A DNA stretch of 41,619 nucleotides from Betaproteobacteria bacterium (GTDB lineage Bacteria; Pseudomonadota; Gammaproteobacteria; Burkholderiales; SG8-41): the NCBI GenBank assembly GCA_031381325.1, contig JANMXV010000010.1, positions 1 to 41,619 of the forward strand, read 5' to 3'. Each line of letters begins with the position of its first letter. Position 1 is the first letter of the stretch. The notes below the pieces were generated by a model, which did not search any database, was not told the origin of the DNA, and saw only the letters and a program-made list of their open reading frames with translations. This document shows positions 1 to 8,749 of this stretch, one piece after another. The position numbers and the translations under genes were made by a program.

Positions 1-179
1 GAATTGCCCGTCCGGGCGAAGCTCAGGGTTTCGTCCTTGTAGTCCCGGACTTCAAACACGGGCACGTTCAGGTTGAGCTGCACATAGGACCGGAAGGGGG
101 TGGCAATCAGTTCACCCGGAATGTCGCGGCCCAGGGAATCCGGCGTGTTGTTCAGGCGCTGGTCGGGCAGCCCAATTAA

Positions 180-214
180 AACGCGGCGAATCGGTTTGCC
201 CTATTCGCCGCGTT
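180..214 (-). terminator. Probable intrinsic terminator downstream of the adc pair
   Basis: Perfect 12-bp inverted repeat AACGCGGCGAAT (180-191) / ATTCGCCGCGTT (203-214) with an 11-nt loop, followed on the minus strand by a short T-rich run; about 40 nt past the stop at 252. Confidence 0.7.
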
Positions 215-251
215 CATTTTGGCGCCTTGTTTTGTTGCTTACTTCGTCGGG

Positions 252-995
252 TTATTTCGCCAGATAGTCGTGAATTACCTTGCCGTAAGGCAGCGTCATG
301 TCGGTCAGCATATGCAGGCCGCCGAGCACTTCCTTGACCGGCAGATCCGCGAGCGGACAATTCACGGAGGGGACCAATTCAAGGCGTGCGCGTCCTGTCC
401 ACGCGCCGTGAACGACGACGTTTTCGAATTTGATCGCAACCAGTTGTGCAATGGCCGGCGTGCCGTCGATATCGGGGATCAGCTTGAGCGTAACCTGTGT
501 GCGCGCCAGAAGCTCGCGCTCCCTGGCGTGGTCGGTGCGGAAGGCGTCGTGCTTATACACCATGGTGCCGACCGCGATAGACTGAGTTGCATAGTGCAGC
601 GTTCCGGTTAGCGTGTCGGCATTGACTGCAAGCGCTGCTTTGCCGTATTTCATCGGGTAGCCCCAGATTTCGCGGCCACCGGCGAGCGGCGGCGTGTTGT
701 CGACATACATCTGGCTGACGAAATTACATGGCTCGCCCTTGAAGGTGCAGGGAATAATCTGCGCCGCTGCGGAGTAGGCGCCGAAGCCCTCGCCATCGGG
801 CAGATCCAGCCATTGCACGGCAACCGTGTCGCCTGCAGGTTCCAGCGGCTCCGGCAAGGCCTCACGAATCAACGCGGGGTCGGTCTTGTAATGGATGACC
901 AGATATTCGCGATTGAAGAATCTATACGGTCCTCGGGGATACGTCGGGCTTTGCAACGGCATCGACGCAAGCGCTTTGACATCACTCTTTTTCAT
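252..995 (-). CDS. Acetoacetate decarboxylase family protein, catalytically degenerate paralog (about 247 aa)
   Basis: Family motifs SPTYPRGPYRFFNREY, PEPLEP, MYVDN, GGREIWGYP, DMTLPYG. PKK is replaced by PMK. Start moved to ATG 995 because GAAAGAGG lies just upstream. Confidence 0.88.
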   Translation of the reverse strand: MKKSDVKALASMPLQSPTYPRGPYRFFNREYLVIHYKTDPALIREALPEPLEPAGDTVAVQWLDLPDGEGFGAYSAAAQIIPCTFKGEPCNFVSQMYVDNTPPLAGGREIWGYPMKYGKAALAVNADTLTGTLHYATQSIAVGTMVYKHDAFRTDHARERELLARTQVTLKLIPDIDGTPAIAQLVAIKFENVVVHGAWTGRARLELVPSVNCPLADLPVKEVLGGLHMLTDMTLPYGKVIHDYLAK

Positions 996-1015
996 GGTCT
1001 GAAACCTCTTTCCAA

Positions 1016-1765
1016 TCAAGCGTCTTTAAGGTAGTCGAACAGCACCCGGCCGTGCGGCAGAGTGAGATCGCTGATGAAATGCTTGCCGCCGATGATGCGT
1101 TTGATCGGCAAATCCGCCGCCGGTGCATTTACGTGCGGAATCAGGTGCAGGCGGGCAGGCGAAAGCCACACGCCTTTGACGGTAATGTCGGTAAGGTTAT
1201 AGGCGACTAACTGACATATCTTGGGACTGCCGTCGACATCGGGAATAATTTTGAGATTGCATGACGTTCTGGTCATGCCCTTGGCCTGAGCCTCAACGCC
1301 ACCCGGTGCGACCTGATGCTTGTAGGCCATTGTCCCCATGGCGACCAGTTGGCCGGCATAATGCAAGGTGCCGGTCAGGGTATCCGAGCAAACTTCAAGC
1401 TTGGGATGCGCATATTTTTTCGGAAAACCCCAGATTTCCCGCCCCGCTGAAATCGGCGGTTCGTCATCCAAGTACATCTGTGCGGTGAAGTTGATCGGTT
1501 CACCCTTGAACAGACAAGGGATGACAACGCCGCTTTCGGTGTAATCACCGAAACCGGAACTGTCCGGCATGCGTATCCACTCGTAAAGCACCTGGCCCTC
1601 CGCATTCGGCTCCAGAGGTTCCGGCACCGCCTCGCGTAATAGATCTCGATCGGTTTCGTAGGTAACGATCATAAATTCGCGATTTATAAACCGATACGGT
1701 CCCATCGGATAGCTCGGACTTGCGGCCGGCATCGAGGGGAGCTTTAGGATTTGCTGCGGTTTCAT
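1016..1765 (-). CDS. adc: Acetoacetate decarboxylase
   Basis: SPSYPMGPYRFINREF, GDYTESG, GREIWGFPKK (Schiff-base Lys intact), SDLTL; GGAGAGGA RBS upstream of the ATG. Confidence 0.92.
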   Translation of the reverse strand: MKPQQILKLPSMPAASPSYPMGPYRFINREFMIVTYETDRDLLREAVPEPLEPNAEGQVLYEWIRMPDSSGFGDYTESGVVIPCLFKGEPINFTAQMYLDDEPPISAGREIWGFPKKYAHPKLEVCSDTLTGTLHYAGQLVAMGTMAYKHQVAPGGVEAQAKGMTRTSCNLKIIPDVDGSPKICQLVAYNLTDITVKGVWLSPARLHLIPHVNAPAADLPIKRIIGGKHFISDLTLPHGRVLFDYLKDA

Positions 1766-2017
1766 GTGTGTCCTCTCCCTAGGTGGATGGCAGCAAAAAA
1801 AAACTGCCTCGCATATCCTATAATATCGCGATTATGCGAAGGTGTGTTCATCCAGGATTTTCAGCGGATGCAAATGTTTTGCAACCAGCTATGATAAAAT
1901 TTAACAATTGGGCAGGGAGCTAGGCAGGGGGCTTTCATTTTATCCGGCCATTTATTGGTCGACACGTTATCGCTAATTTTTTGGTCAGTTAACGCGGGCG
2001 TGATCCCGACAATTTCG
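1766..2017. promoter_or_regulatory. Divergent promoter region between adc and the multiheme operon
   Basis: AT-rich intergenic stretch; extended -10-like TGATAAAAT (1892-1900); short palindromes TGCAAA-tgt-TTTGCA (1869-1883) and TCGCATA...TATGCGA (1809-1839). Element positions are not validated. Confidence 0.4.
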
Positions 2018-2899
2018 ATGATTCGCCAACACCACTCAATCCTCGAATTCAGTCATGGCCGCTACTTCAAGGTCGCCATACTGTTATGCATTGCGGCGAT
2101 TGGTGCTTATGGCTGTTATGAGCCGCTGACCCTGTATCTAAATCTGCCGATGGTGTATCCCAAGCCTTATGGCGGCACGTGGTTAGGCTACACGCTCGGA
2201 ACCGTTGGCGCCGTACTCATACTTTGGCTCATGCTGTTGGGCGTTCGTAAGCGTAGTTACCGCTCCAACACCGGAAGCGTTCAAGGCTGGACCTCGGCGC
2301 ACGTCTATTTGGGTGTCAGTCTTATCATCGTCGCAACGCTGCACTGTGCGTTCGAGTTCGGCTGGAATATACACACGCTTGCCTACGTGCTGATGATGCT
2401 GGTCATCGCGAGCGGCTTCTTCGGTATTTATTCATACCTGCGTTACCCCGAATACATGACAGCCAACCTCGCGGGTGAGACGCTCGAAACGATGCTGTTA
2501 AAAGTAGCTGATATCGAGCGTAAATCCAAGCGCATCGCGCTTGACTTGCCTGACGAGGTCAATGTCCTGCTCATGAATGCCATCAAACGCTCGGCGGATA
2601 AATCGGCCCTGGGCGGCAGTTTTCGGCGCCAGTTGGCGGGCGTGGACCGCAAGCACCCGATGCGGCTTGCGCGAGATGAATTGCTTAAAATGGGGGCGCG
2701 GTTTACCGGCGCTCAGGCCATGGTGCAAGAGCAGCTGATCGCGGAAATGACGCGGATTATCACGCTCACGGACCGTGTGCGTCGTGATCTTAAGTTGCGC
2801 GCGCTGATGCAAGTCTGGCTTTATTTTCACGTGCCCTTGTCTTTTGCACTGCTTGCGGCGCTGTCCGCGCACGTGATTTCCGTGTTCTACTTCTGGTAG
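2018..2899 (+). CDS. Polytopic inner-membrane protein with His-bearing helices; putative cytochrome b-like quinone-interacting subunit
   Basis: About 5-6 hydrophobic segments with His in or next to TM helices (WTSAHVYLG, ATLHCAF, WLYFHVPLS, LSAHVIS). Start uncertain (TTG 1955 or ATG 2018). Confidence 0.7.
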   Translation: MIRQHHSILEFSHGRYFKVAILLCIAAIGAYGCYEPLTLYLNLPMVYPKPYGGTWLGYTLGTVGAVLILWLMLLGVRKRSYRSNTGSVQGWTSAHVYLGVSLIIVATLHCAFEFGWNIHTLAYVLMMLVIASGFFGIYSYLRYPEYMTANLAGETLETMLLKVADIERKSKRIALDLPDEVNVLLMNAIKRSADKSALGGSFRRQLAGVDRKHPMRLARDELLKMGARFTGAQAMVQEQLIAEMTRIITLTDRVRRDLKLRALMQVWLYFHVPLSFALLAALSAHVISVFYFW

Positions 2900-2917
2900 C
2901 GCGAAGCCGGGCACGCC

Positions 2918-4702
2918 GTGGATATTCAAATCAGCTATGTCAGCGTCAATCGGCGCGGCCAGCCGCAGCGTGATCAGCGCCGCATTGAAGGTCCGTCGAT
3001 TAATGTAGGCCGCGGTTCGCAGTGCCAAATCCATTTGCCCGATCCACGGATCGCGTTACAGCACGCGCACATCAGCGTATCGGAGTCCGGTGCGGCACTG
3101 GAGGCAGAGCCTGGACGTCTGCAGGTCAACGGCCGCGCTGTCGAGAGCGCAAGACTGGCGGTCGGCGACCACATCGAAGTAGGGCCGTATCTTTTGGAGG
3201 TCGAAGCGCCGCCCGAGGGCGTGTCGCTGGCATTGACGGTTACGCTGGTGGTGCCGCTGGCTTCGTTTGGCGGCGACGGCCGCCGTTTCATGTTGCGGCC
3301 GCCGCGCCTGTCCAAGCGCAGGCTTTCCTATATTGGATTCTTCGGCACGCTGTTGCTGTGCCTGCTGGTGCCTCTGTCTCAGGATCTGCTCGGTTATCCC
3401 GCGCTGGCGCCCGCCACGGCGGCGCCTGACAGCACCGGGCATATGGCCGAGCATATGGTTCGTGTACTGTCGGCGAAATTTTTGCCCAGCTTGAATCCGG
3501 GCCCGGTGTCCCGCAGTCACCAGAATTTCGGGTCGGACTGCCGGGCGTGCCACCAGTACCCATTCATACAGGTCCAGGATAAGGCATGCATCGCATGCCA
3601 CAAGACGATCAAGGAGCACGTGCCGGCCGCAGACCTTACGGGGGCGAAAGGGCAGGCGTTTCGCGATACGCGTTGTGCGGAGTGTCACCGCGATCATAAA
3701 GGCGTGCAAATGGCGCCACGGTCGCAGGAGCAATGCGCGGATTGTCACCGTGATGTGCAAAGCGTGGCGGCGAATGCGAAATCGGGAAAAGTCACCGACT
3801 TTGGTTCCGCGCATGCTGAGTTCCGGCTTTCGCTGTTAGATGTCAACAAACCCGGCGCCATGCCACAGCGCGTGCGCCTGAGCACGCCGGCCTCCCCCGA
3901 GATGGTTGAACGCTCGAACTTGAAGTTCGACCACAAGCTGCACATGGACCCGGCTGGCGTGCGTGATCCCAACGGCAAGTACGACCCAGCGGGGACGCGC
4001 GATGCGGCGGGGCGGCCCACGGTGTTGCGCTGCTCGACCTGTCATCAACCGAATGAAGGCGGCCGCCTGATCGCATCCATATCGATGGAAAAGCATTGCC
4101 AGCGCTGTCATTCACTGGCCTTTGAGCCGAAGGTTACCCAGCGGCAAGTGGTGCATGGCGATGAAGCTGAAATAGCAACCATGTTGCGCGAGTTTTATGC
4201 GCGTATCGTTTTGGGTGACGTGCCGCCGGGCGTCAATCCGCCGCTGGATTTGCCGCGCATGCGGCCCGGTGCAGAATTGACTTTCCCGGAACGCTTGCAG
4301 GCTTTGCAGATTGCGGATCAGAAGGCAGACACGGTGTTACGCGAGTTGTTCGACACACGCAAAGTGTGTTCAACATGCCATGAAGTGACCCGAACGGCGG
4401 GCAGCGTGGGTTGGAGAGTTGCGCCGGTGCGCGTTGCAAAGGTGTGGATGCCGCAAGCGCTGTTCAGCCATGCGAAGCACAAGATGGAGGATTGCAGGAA
4501 ATGTCACGATACAACGGGGTCGAAATCGGCTAGCGATATAGCGATGCCCAGCATCGCGGTTTGCCGCGAGTGCCACGTTGGCGCAACGCCGGTTACCGGC
4601 AAAGTGACATCGGACTGCGCAATGTGCCATAAATTCCATGATGGCAGAGACTATTGGCACGGCGTGATGCAAGCGCAGATGTTGCCCGGAGGAAAAAGAT
4701 GA
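2918..4702 (+). CDS. FHA-like domain + single TM + periplasmic decaheme cytochrome c
   Basis: N-terminal FHA-like INVGRG...QHAHI...VNG...GDHIEVGPY; TM IGFFGTLLLCLLVPL after KRR; ten CxxCH (CRACH, CIACH, CAECH, CADCH, CSTCH, CQRCH, CSTCH, CRKCH, CRECH, CAMCH). Confidence 0.88.
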   Translation: MDIQISYVSVNRRGQPQRDQRRIEGPSINVGRGSQCQIHLPDPRIALQHAHISVSESGAALEAEPGRLQVNGRAVESARLAVGDHIEVGPYLLEVEAPPEGVSLALTVTLVVPLASFGGDGRRFMLRPPRLSKRRLSYIGFFGTLLLCLLVPLSQDLLGYPALAPATAAPDSTGHMAEHMVRVLSAKFLPSLNPGPVSRSHQNFGSDCRACHQYPFIQVQDKACIACHKTIKEHVPAADLTGAKGQAFRDTRCAECHRDHKGVQMAPRSQEQCADCHRDVQSVAANAKSGKVTDFGSAHAEFRLSLLDVNKPGAMPQRVRLSTPASPEMVERSNLKFDHKLHMDPAGVRDPNGKYDPAGTRDAAGRPTVLRCSTCHQPNEGGRLIASISMEKHCQRCHSLAFEPKVTQRQVVHGDEAEIATMLREFYARIVLGDVPPGVNPPLDLPRMRPGAELTFPERLQALQIADQKADTVLRELFDTRKVCSTCHEVTRTAGSVGWRVAPVRVAKVWMPQALFSHAKHKMEDCRKCHDTTGSKSASDIAMPSIAVCRECHVGATPVTGKVTSDCAMCHKFHDGRDYWHGVMQAQMLPGGKR

Positions 4703-6543
4703 GATGGATTATTGCTTTGATGATGGCTGTCACGCTGACAGGATGTGGCGGCGGTGCTGGTGGCGACGGGGGGCCGACAGTGGCGGCGGCAGCGGCAGCG
4801 CCGGGTTGCAGCGGCGGTTGCTCCGCGGCGACGCCCACTGCACTGACGATTGCCGAGGTTAACCGGATACTGAGTCAGGCGGTGCAGGAGGCGCAGGCAC
4901 GCGGCGCGCTCGGCACGATCGCGGTGGTGGACCGTTCCGGCAATGTTCTGGCTGTGTTCCAAATGACAGGTGCGGCGGCTACGTTCACGATCTCCGGCGG
5001 GCGCGGCGTGGTGGGCGGACTCGAAGGCGTAAGTATCGTGCGGTCCGAGTACGCCGCCATCAGCAAAGCGATCACCGGCGCCTACCTGTCCTCTGAAGGC
5101 AACGCATTCTCAACGCGAACCGCAAGCCAGATCGTGCAGGAAAATTTCAATCCGGGCGAGATCGGGTCGCCGGGCGGACCGTTGTTCGGCGTGCAGTTTT
5201 CTTCGCTCTCGTGTTCCGATGTCGTCGCGACCGGCGTTACGCCGGGGCCCAAGCCCTCCCCGCTGGGTCTCGCGGCGGATGCCGGTGGTTTGCCGCTCTA
5301 CAAGAACGGCATTGTGGTGGGCGGCATCGGTGTGATCGCAGATGGACTGTACGGCCTCGACCTCAACGTTGGCAATATTGATCAGGATGCGGATGAACTG
5401 ATCGCGGTCGCCGCTGCGCGCGGGTTCGATGCGCCGGCCAATCGTCGCGCCGACCGCATCACTGCCGATGGGCGGACATTCCGCTACGTAGACTCGGAAG
5501 CCATCCTATCGAATCCCGCGGCGGCGCCGGCTGTTCCAGGTTCGGGTGCATTGATTACCGTCCCCGCCTACAAGCCGGTGGCGGCGGTGACTGCCGGCGT
5601 GGCGTTCAGCACGGCCGCATCCGGTTTTCGCGCCGATACCACCACCGCGGCGTTTGCGGGTCTGAATGCCTATGTGCTTGACAACGGGGCAGGTGTCAAC
5701 CGCTTTCCGCCCATTGCCGGTACCGATACTTTTCTGACGGCAGCGGAAGTCACGCGCATACTCGCCGAGGCAATAAAAATCGCGAATCGTGCGCGCGCGC
5801 AGATTCGCCAGCCATTGGGAACGCCGGCGCAGGTGACCATTTCGGTGGTGGATACCAATGCCGCAATCCTTGGGGTGATCCGCACCCCGGATGCCCCGGT
5901 ATTCGGCACGGATGTCGCAGTACAGAAAGCGCGATCCGCATTACTTTTTTCGAAGGCGAATACGGCTGCCGCGTTGAATGCGCTCGGCGCGCCTGTTAGC
6001 GGTTATGTGACCAACATGCAGGCACTGATAGGCGGCGCCTTGACCAACGGTGTGGCCTACAGCAATCGTGCGGTCGGCAATCTCGCGCGCCCTTTTCTGC
6101 CTGACGGCATCAACGGCAGCGGACCCGGCCCGTTGTCGAAGCCTTTTGCGCAATGGAGCCCGTTTGCGGACGGTCTGCAACTGGACTTGGTGCAGGCGAA
6201 AATCGTTGGCAATATAGTTGCAGGAACCAACACCGGCCCTTGTAACCCGATTCCGGCGGTTGCCAACGGTATTCAGATATTTCCCGGCAGCGTGCCGATT
6301 TTCCGCGGTGCTCAACTGGTAGGTGCGATTGGTATTTCAGGCGATGGCATCGATCAGGATGACATGGTTGCCTTTCTCGGGCTTGCGAACGCCGGCATTG
6401 CGCTGGGCACCGGCATCGCGAACGCGCCGGCTTCGCAGCGCGCTGATCTTATTACGGTGCCTGGCGGACAATTGCGTTACGTGAACTGTCCGGTTGCTCC
6501 ATTTCTTGATACCACTGCGACGAATGTTTGCAATGGAATATAA
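4699..6543 (+). CDS. Lipoprotein with two GlcG/HbpS-type heme-binding domains
   Basis: Signal peptide II MRWIIALMMAVTLTG-C. Twice-repeated family motifs: IAVVDRSG...AISKA...GGLPLYKNGIVVGGIGV and ISVVDTNA...AVQKA...PGSVPIFRGAQLVGAIGISG. ATG overlaps the upstream stop (ATGA). Confidence 0.82.
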   Translation: MRWIIALMMAVTLTGCGGGAGGDGGPTVAAAAAAPGCSGGCSAATPTALTIAEVNRILSQAVQEAQARGALGTIAVVDRSGNVLAVFQMTGAAATFTISGGRGVVGGLEGVSIVRSEYAAISKAITGAYLSSEGNAFSTRTASQIVQENFNPGEIGSPGGPLFGVQFSSLSCSDVVATGVTPGPKPSPLGLAADAGGLPLYKNGIVVGGIGVIADGLYGLDLNVGNIDQDADELIAVAAARGFDAPANRRADRITADGRTFRYVDSEAILSNPAAAPAVPGSGALITVPAYKPVAAVTAGVAFSTAASGFRADTTTAAFAGLNAYVLDNGAGVNRFPPIAGTDTFLTAAEVTRILAEAIKIANRARAQIRQPLGTPAQVTISVVDTNAAILGVIRTPDAPVFGTDVAVQKARSALLFSKANTAAALNALGAPVSGYVTNMQALIGGALTNGVAYSNRAVGNLARPFLPDGINGSGPGPLSKPFAQWSPFADGLQLDLVQAKIVGNIVAGTNTGPCNPIPAVANGIQIFPGSVPIFRGAQLVGAIGISGDGIDQDDMVAFLGLANAGIALGTGIANAPASQRADLITVPGGQLRYVNCPVAPFLDTTATNVCNGI

Positions 6544-6544
6544 G

Positions 6545-8749
6545 ATGCAAAACCGCCCGCTGTTGCCCGCGTTGGTGCTGACGATGTTCGTTGGATGCCT
6601 GTCAGGACAGCTTTGCGCCCAAGTGCAGCAACCAGAGAACGCTGCAACGCCAGTCCCGTCTGCGGCTGATCGTTATCTGCTGGATGCATGGATATCGAAA
6701 TTCGCGCCTGCGTTTTCAAGTTCGGCCGATGCGCGTTATCTATTGCATGTGGAGGTTGCCGAGGTTCTGATTTACGATAAGCCCAGCGCCAGTGCGTTGG
6801 TGGTGGGACGCTTGGAACAAGGTATTGAAGTAGAAGCCGACCTCAAAACCGGGAATTGGTACCGCATAAAACGCGCTTCTGGTGAAGCGGGTTGGGTGTT
6901 GAATACGACGGTCGTCACGGGTGCGGTAATTTCGGTGCGGCCTTTCCCCGCTGATCGTCGTATCGCGTACGAAGCGGGGGCTGTAAATCCGCGCGTACCG
7001 CAGTCTTTGCCGCCGGATAAACTTGCGGAGCAGACAGAAGCCAGTAAGGCGGAGACGTCCCGGATTGATCGCCAGCGGCCTCAGGGAACAACCATTGAGC
7101 CTAGATTTCCGCTTATCGATCCGTCGCGTGTTGAACCCCCATCACCGCTTTATCGCAGCGAAGAAATTCCGATTCGGGACCGCTGGCGTATTGTCAAATC
7201 GCTGGGCTTGCTTCCCTACAAGCCCCTTGACCCTTACAACCCGAACGTACTCAAAGGCGATCTGCCTGTACTGGAATCGGTACTGGGTAAAGACTGGTTT
7301 TTTAATCTGGCTGCGGTGTCCGACACGCTGATTGAAGCGCGTCGCTTGCCTACGCCAACCGGTGCGCAGTCCACCCTTAATCCAGGATCGAATGGCACGT
7401 TTGGGCGCGGGCGCCAGACGACGCTTGCGGAAACGGGCATTGTCAGTCTTTCGCTGATTAAGGGCGACACCACCTTCAGGCCCCCCGATTACGAATTCCG
7501 CTTCGTGCCTGTGTTCAACTTCAACCGTACCATGACTCAGGAAGTGCGTGCGGTAAACATCAATCCCGCTGCCGGGCCGGATCGCAACGACAATTTCTTT
7601 GGTGTGCAAGAACTCTTTGTAGACAAGCACTTACGTGATGTATCCACCCGTTTCGATTTTGACAGTGTGCGGGTGGGCATTCAGCCGTTTACCGCGGATT
7701 TTCGTGGTTTCCTGTTTCTGGATCAGCCTTTCGGCGTGCGCTTGTTTGGCACACGCGACAACAATCAGTGGCAATACAACGCGGCGTGGTTCAGGCGCTT
7801 GGAGAAAGATACCAACAGCGGTTTGAATGATGTCGGCAAACGTCTACGTGCGGATGACCTATTCGTATTTAACCTGTACCGTCAGGATTCCTTCTTTGTT
7901 CCCGGATTCACTTCTCAAGGCATCATTCTCCACAATCGCAATCGCGAAGGGGATCGCCCCGATTTTTACAACGCCAATGGATTCCTCGAGCGCCCGGCGG
8001 TATTTGGCAGCGGACGCCCACACAATTACGACGTGACTTATCTCGGATATAACGGAGATGGTCACATCGGCAAATGGAATATCACGGCATCCGCGTATTA
8101 CGCTACCGGCACGGACGACCGCGGGATGTTCTCGGGCCGGCGGGAGAGAATTGGCGCCAAGTTTGGCGCACTCGAAATCTCGCGCGACTTCGACTGGATA
8201 CGCCTGCGTGCGAGCGGATTGTATGCGTCCGGCGACAAAGACCCATACGATGGCAAGGCACAGGGCTTCGATGCGGTACTGGAAAATCCGCAGTTTGCGG
8301 GGGCTGATACCAGCTACTGGATTCGACAGGCGGTGCCCTTAATCGGTGGCGGTGGCGTCGCGCTATCCATGCGTAACGGCGTGCTGCCGTCACTGCGTTC
8401 TTCGCGTGAATTCGGCCAATCGAACTTTACCAATCCGGGGCTGCACCTGTTTGGCGTGGGTGCGGATTTCGACGTCAAGCCGGGACTGCGCGTCATTAGC
8501 AATGTCAATTACCTGGAGTTCGATAATCTATCTTCCCTTGCTGTGCTGCGTAATCAGCGGTTTAGCAGTACAAAGATTGGCATCGACGTTTCAGCGGGCG
8601 TGCAGTACCGCCCCTACTTTACGCAGAACGTGGTTATTAATGCATCCGTGGGTGCGTTGTTCCCCGGCAGGGGGCTGCGTGAAATTTATGGAAACGGCTT
8701 CGATTCCATCCAATACTCAGCACTCGTCAATGTGCTATTGACCTTTTGA
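6545..8749 (+). CDS. Outer-membrane beta-barrel protein with an N-terminal bacterial SH3 (SH3b) domain
   Basis: Sec signal; SH3b-like IYDKPSASALVVGRL...GNWYRIK...EAGWV; many alternating aromatic/polar beta-strands; C-terminal Phe (YSALVNVLLTF). Confidence 0.75.
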   Translation: MQNRPLLPALVLTMFVGCLSGQLCAQVQQPENAATPVPSAADRYLLDAWISKFAPAFSSSADARYLLHVEVAEVLIYDKPSASALVVGRLEQGIEVEADLKTGNWYRIKRASGEAGWVLNTTVVTGAVISVRPFPADRRIAYEAGAVNPRVPQSLPPDKLAEQTEASKAETSRIDRQRPQGTTIEPRFPLIDPSRVEPPSPLYRSEEIPIRDRWRIVKSLGLLPYKPLDPYNPNVLKGDLPVLESVLGKDWFFNLAAVSDTLIEARRLPTPTGAQSTLNPGSNGTFGRGRQTTLAETGIVSLSLIKGDTTFRPPDYEFRFVPVFNFNRTMTQEVRAVNINPAAGPDRNDNFFGVQELFVDKHLRDVSTRFDFDSVRVGIQPFTADFRGFLFLDQPFGVRLFGTRDNNQWQYNAAWFRRLEKDTNSGLNDVGKRLRADDLFVFNLYRQDSFFVPGFTSQGIILHNRNREGDRPDFYNANGFLERPAVFGSGRPHNYDVTYLGYNGDGHIGKWNITASAYYATGTDDRGMFSGRRERIGAKFGALEISRDFDWIRLRASGLYASGDKDPYDGKAQGFDAVLENPQFAGADTSYWIRQAVPLIGGGGVALSMRNGVLPSLRSSREFGQSNFTNPGLHLFGVGADFDVKPGLRVISNVNYLEFDNLSSLAVLRNQRFSSTKIGIDVSAGVQYRPYFTQNVVINASVGALFPGRGLREIYGNGFDSIQYSALVNVLLTF

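Noticed and set aside
1793-1803. Poly-A run upstream of adc as a phase-variation tract
   Set aside because: A single short intergenic run with no evidence of variability.
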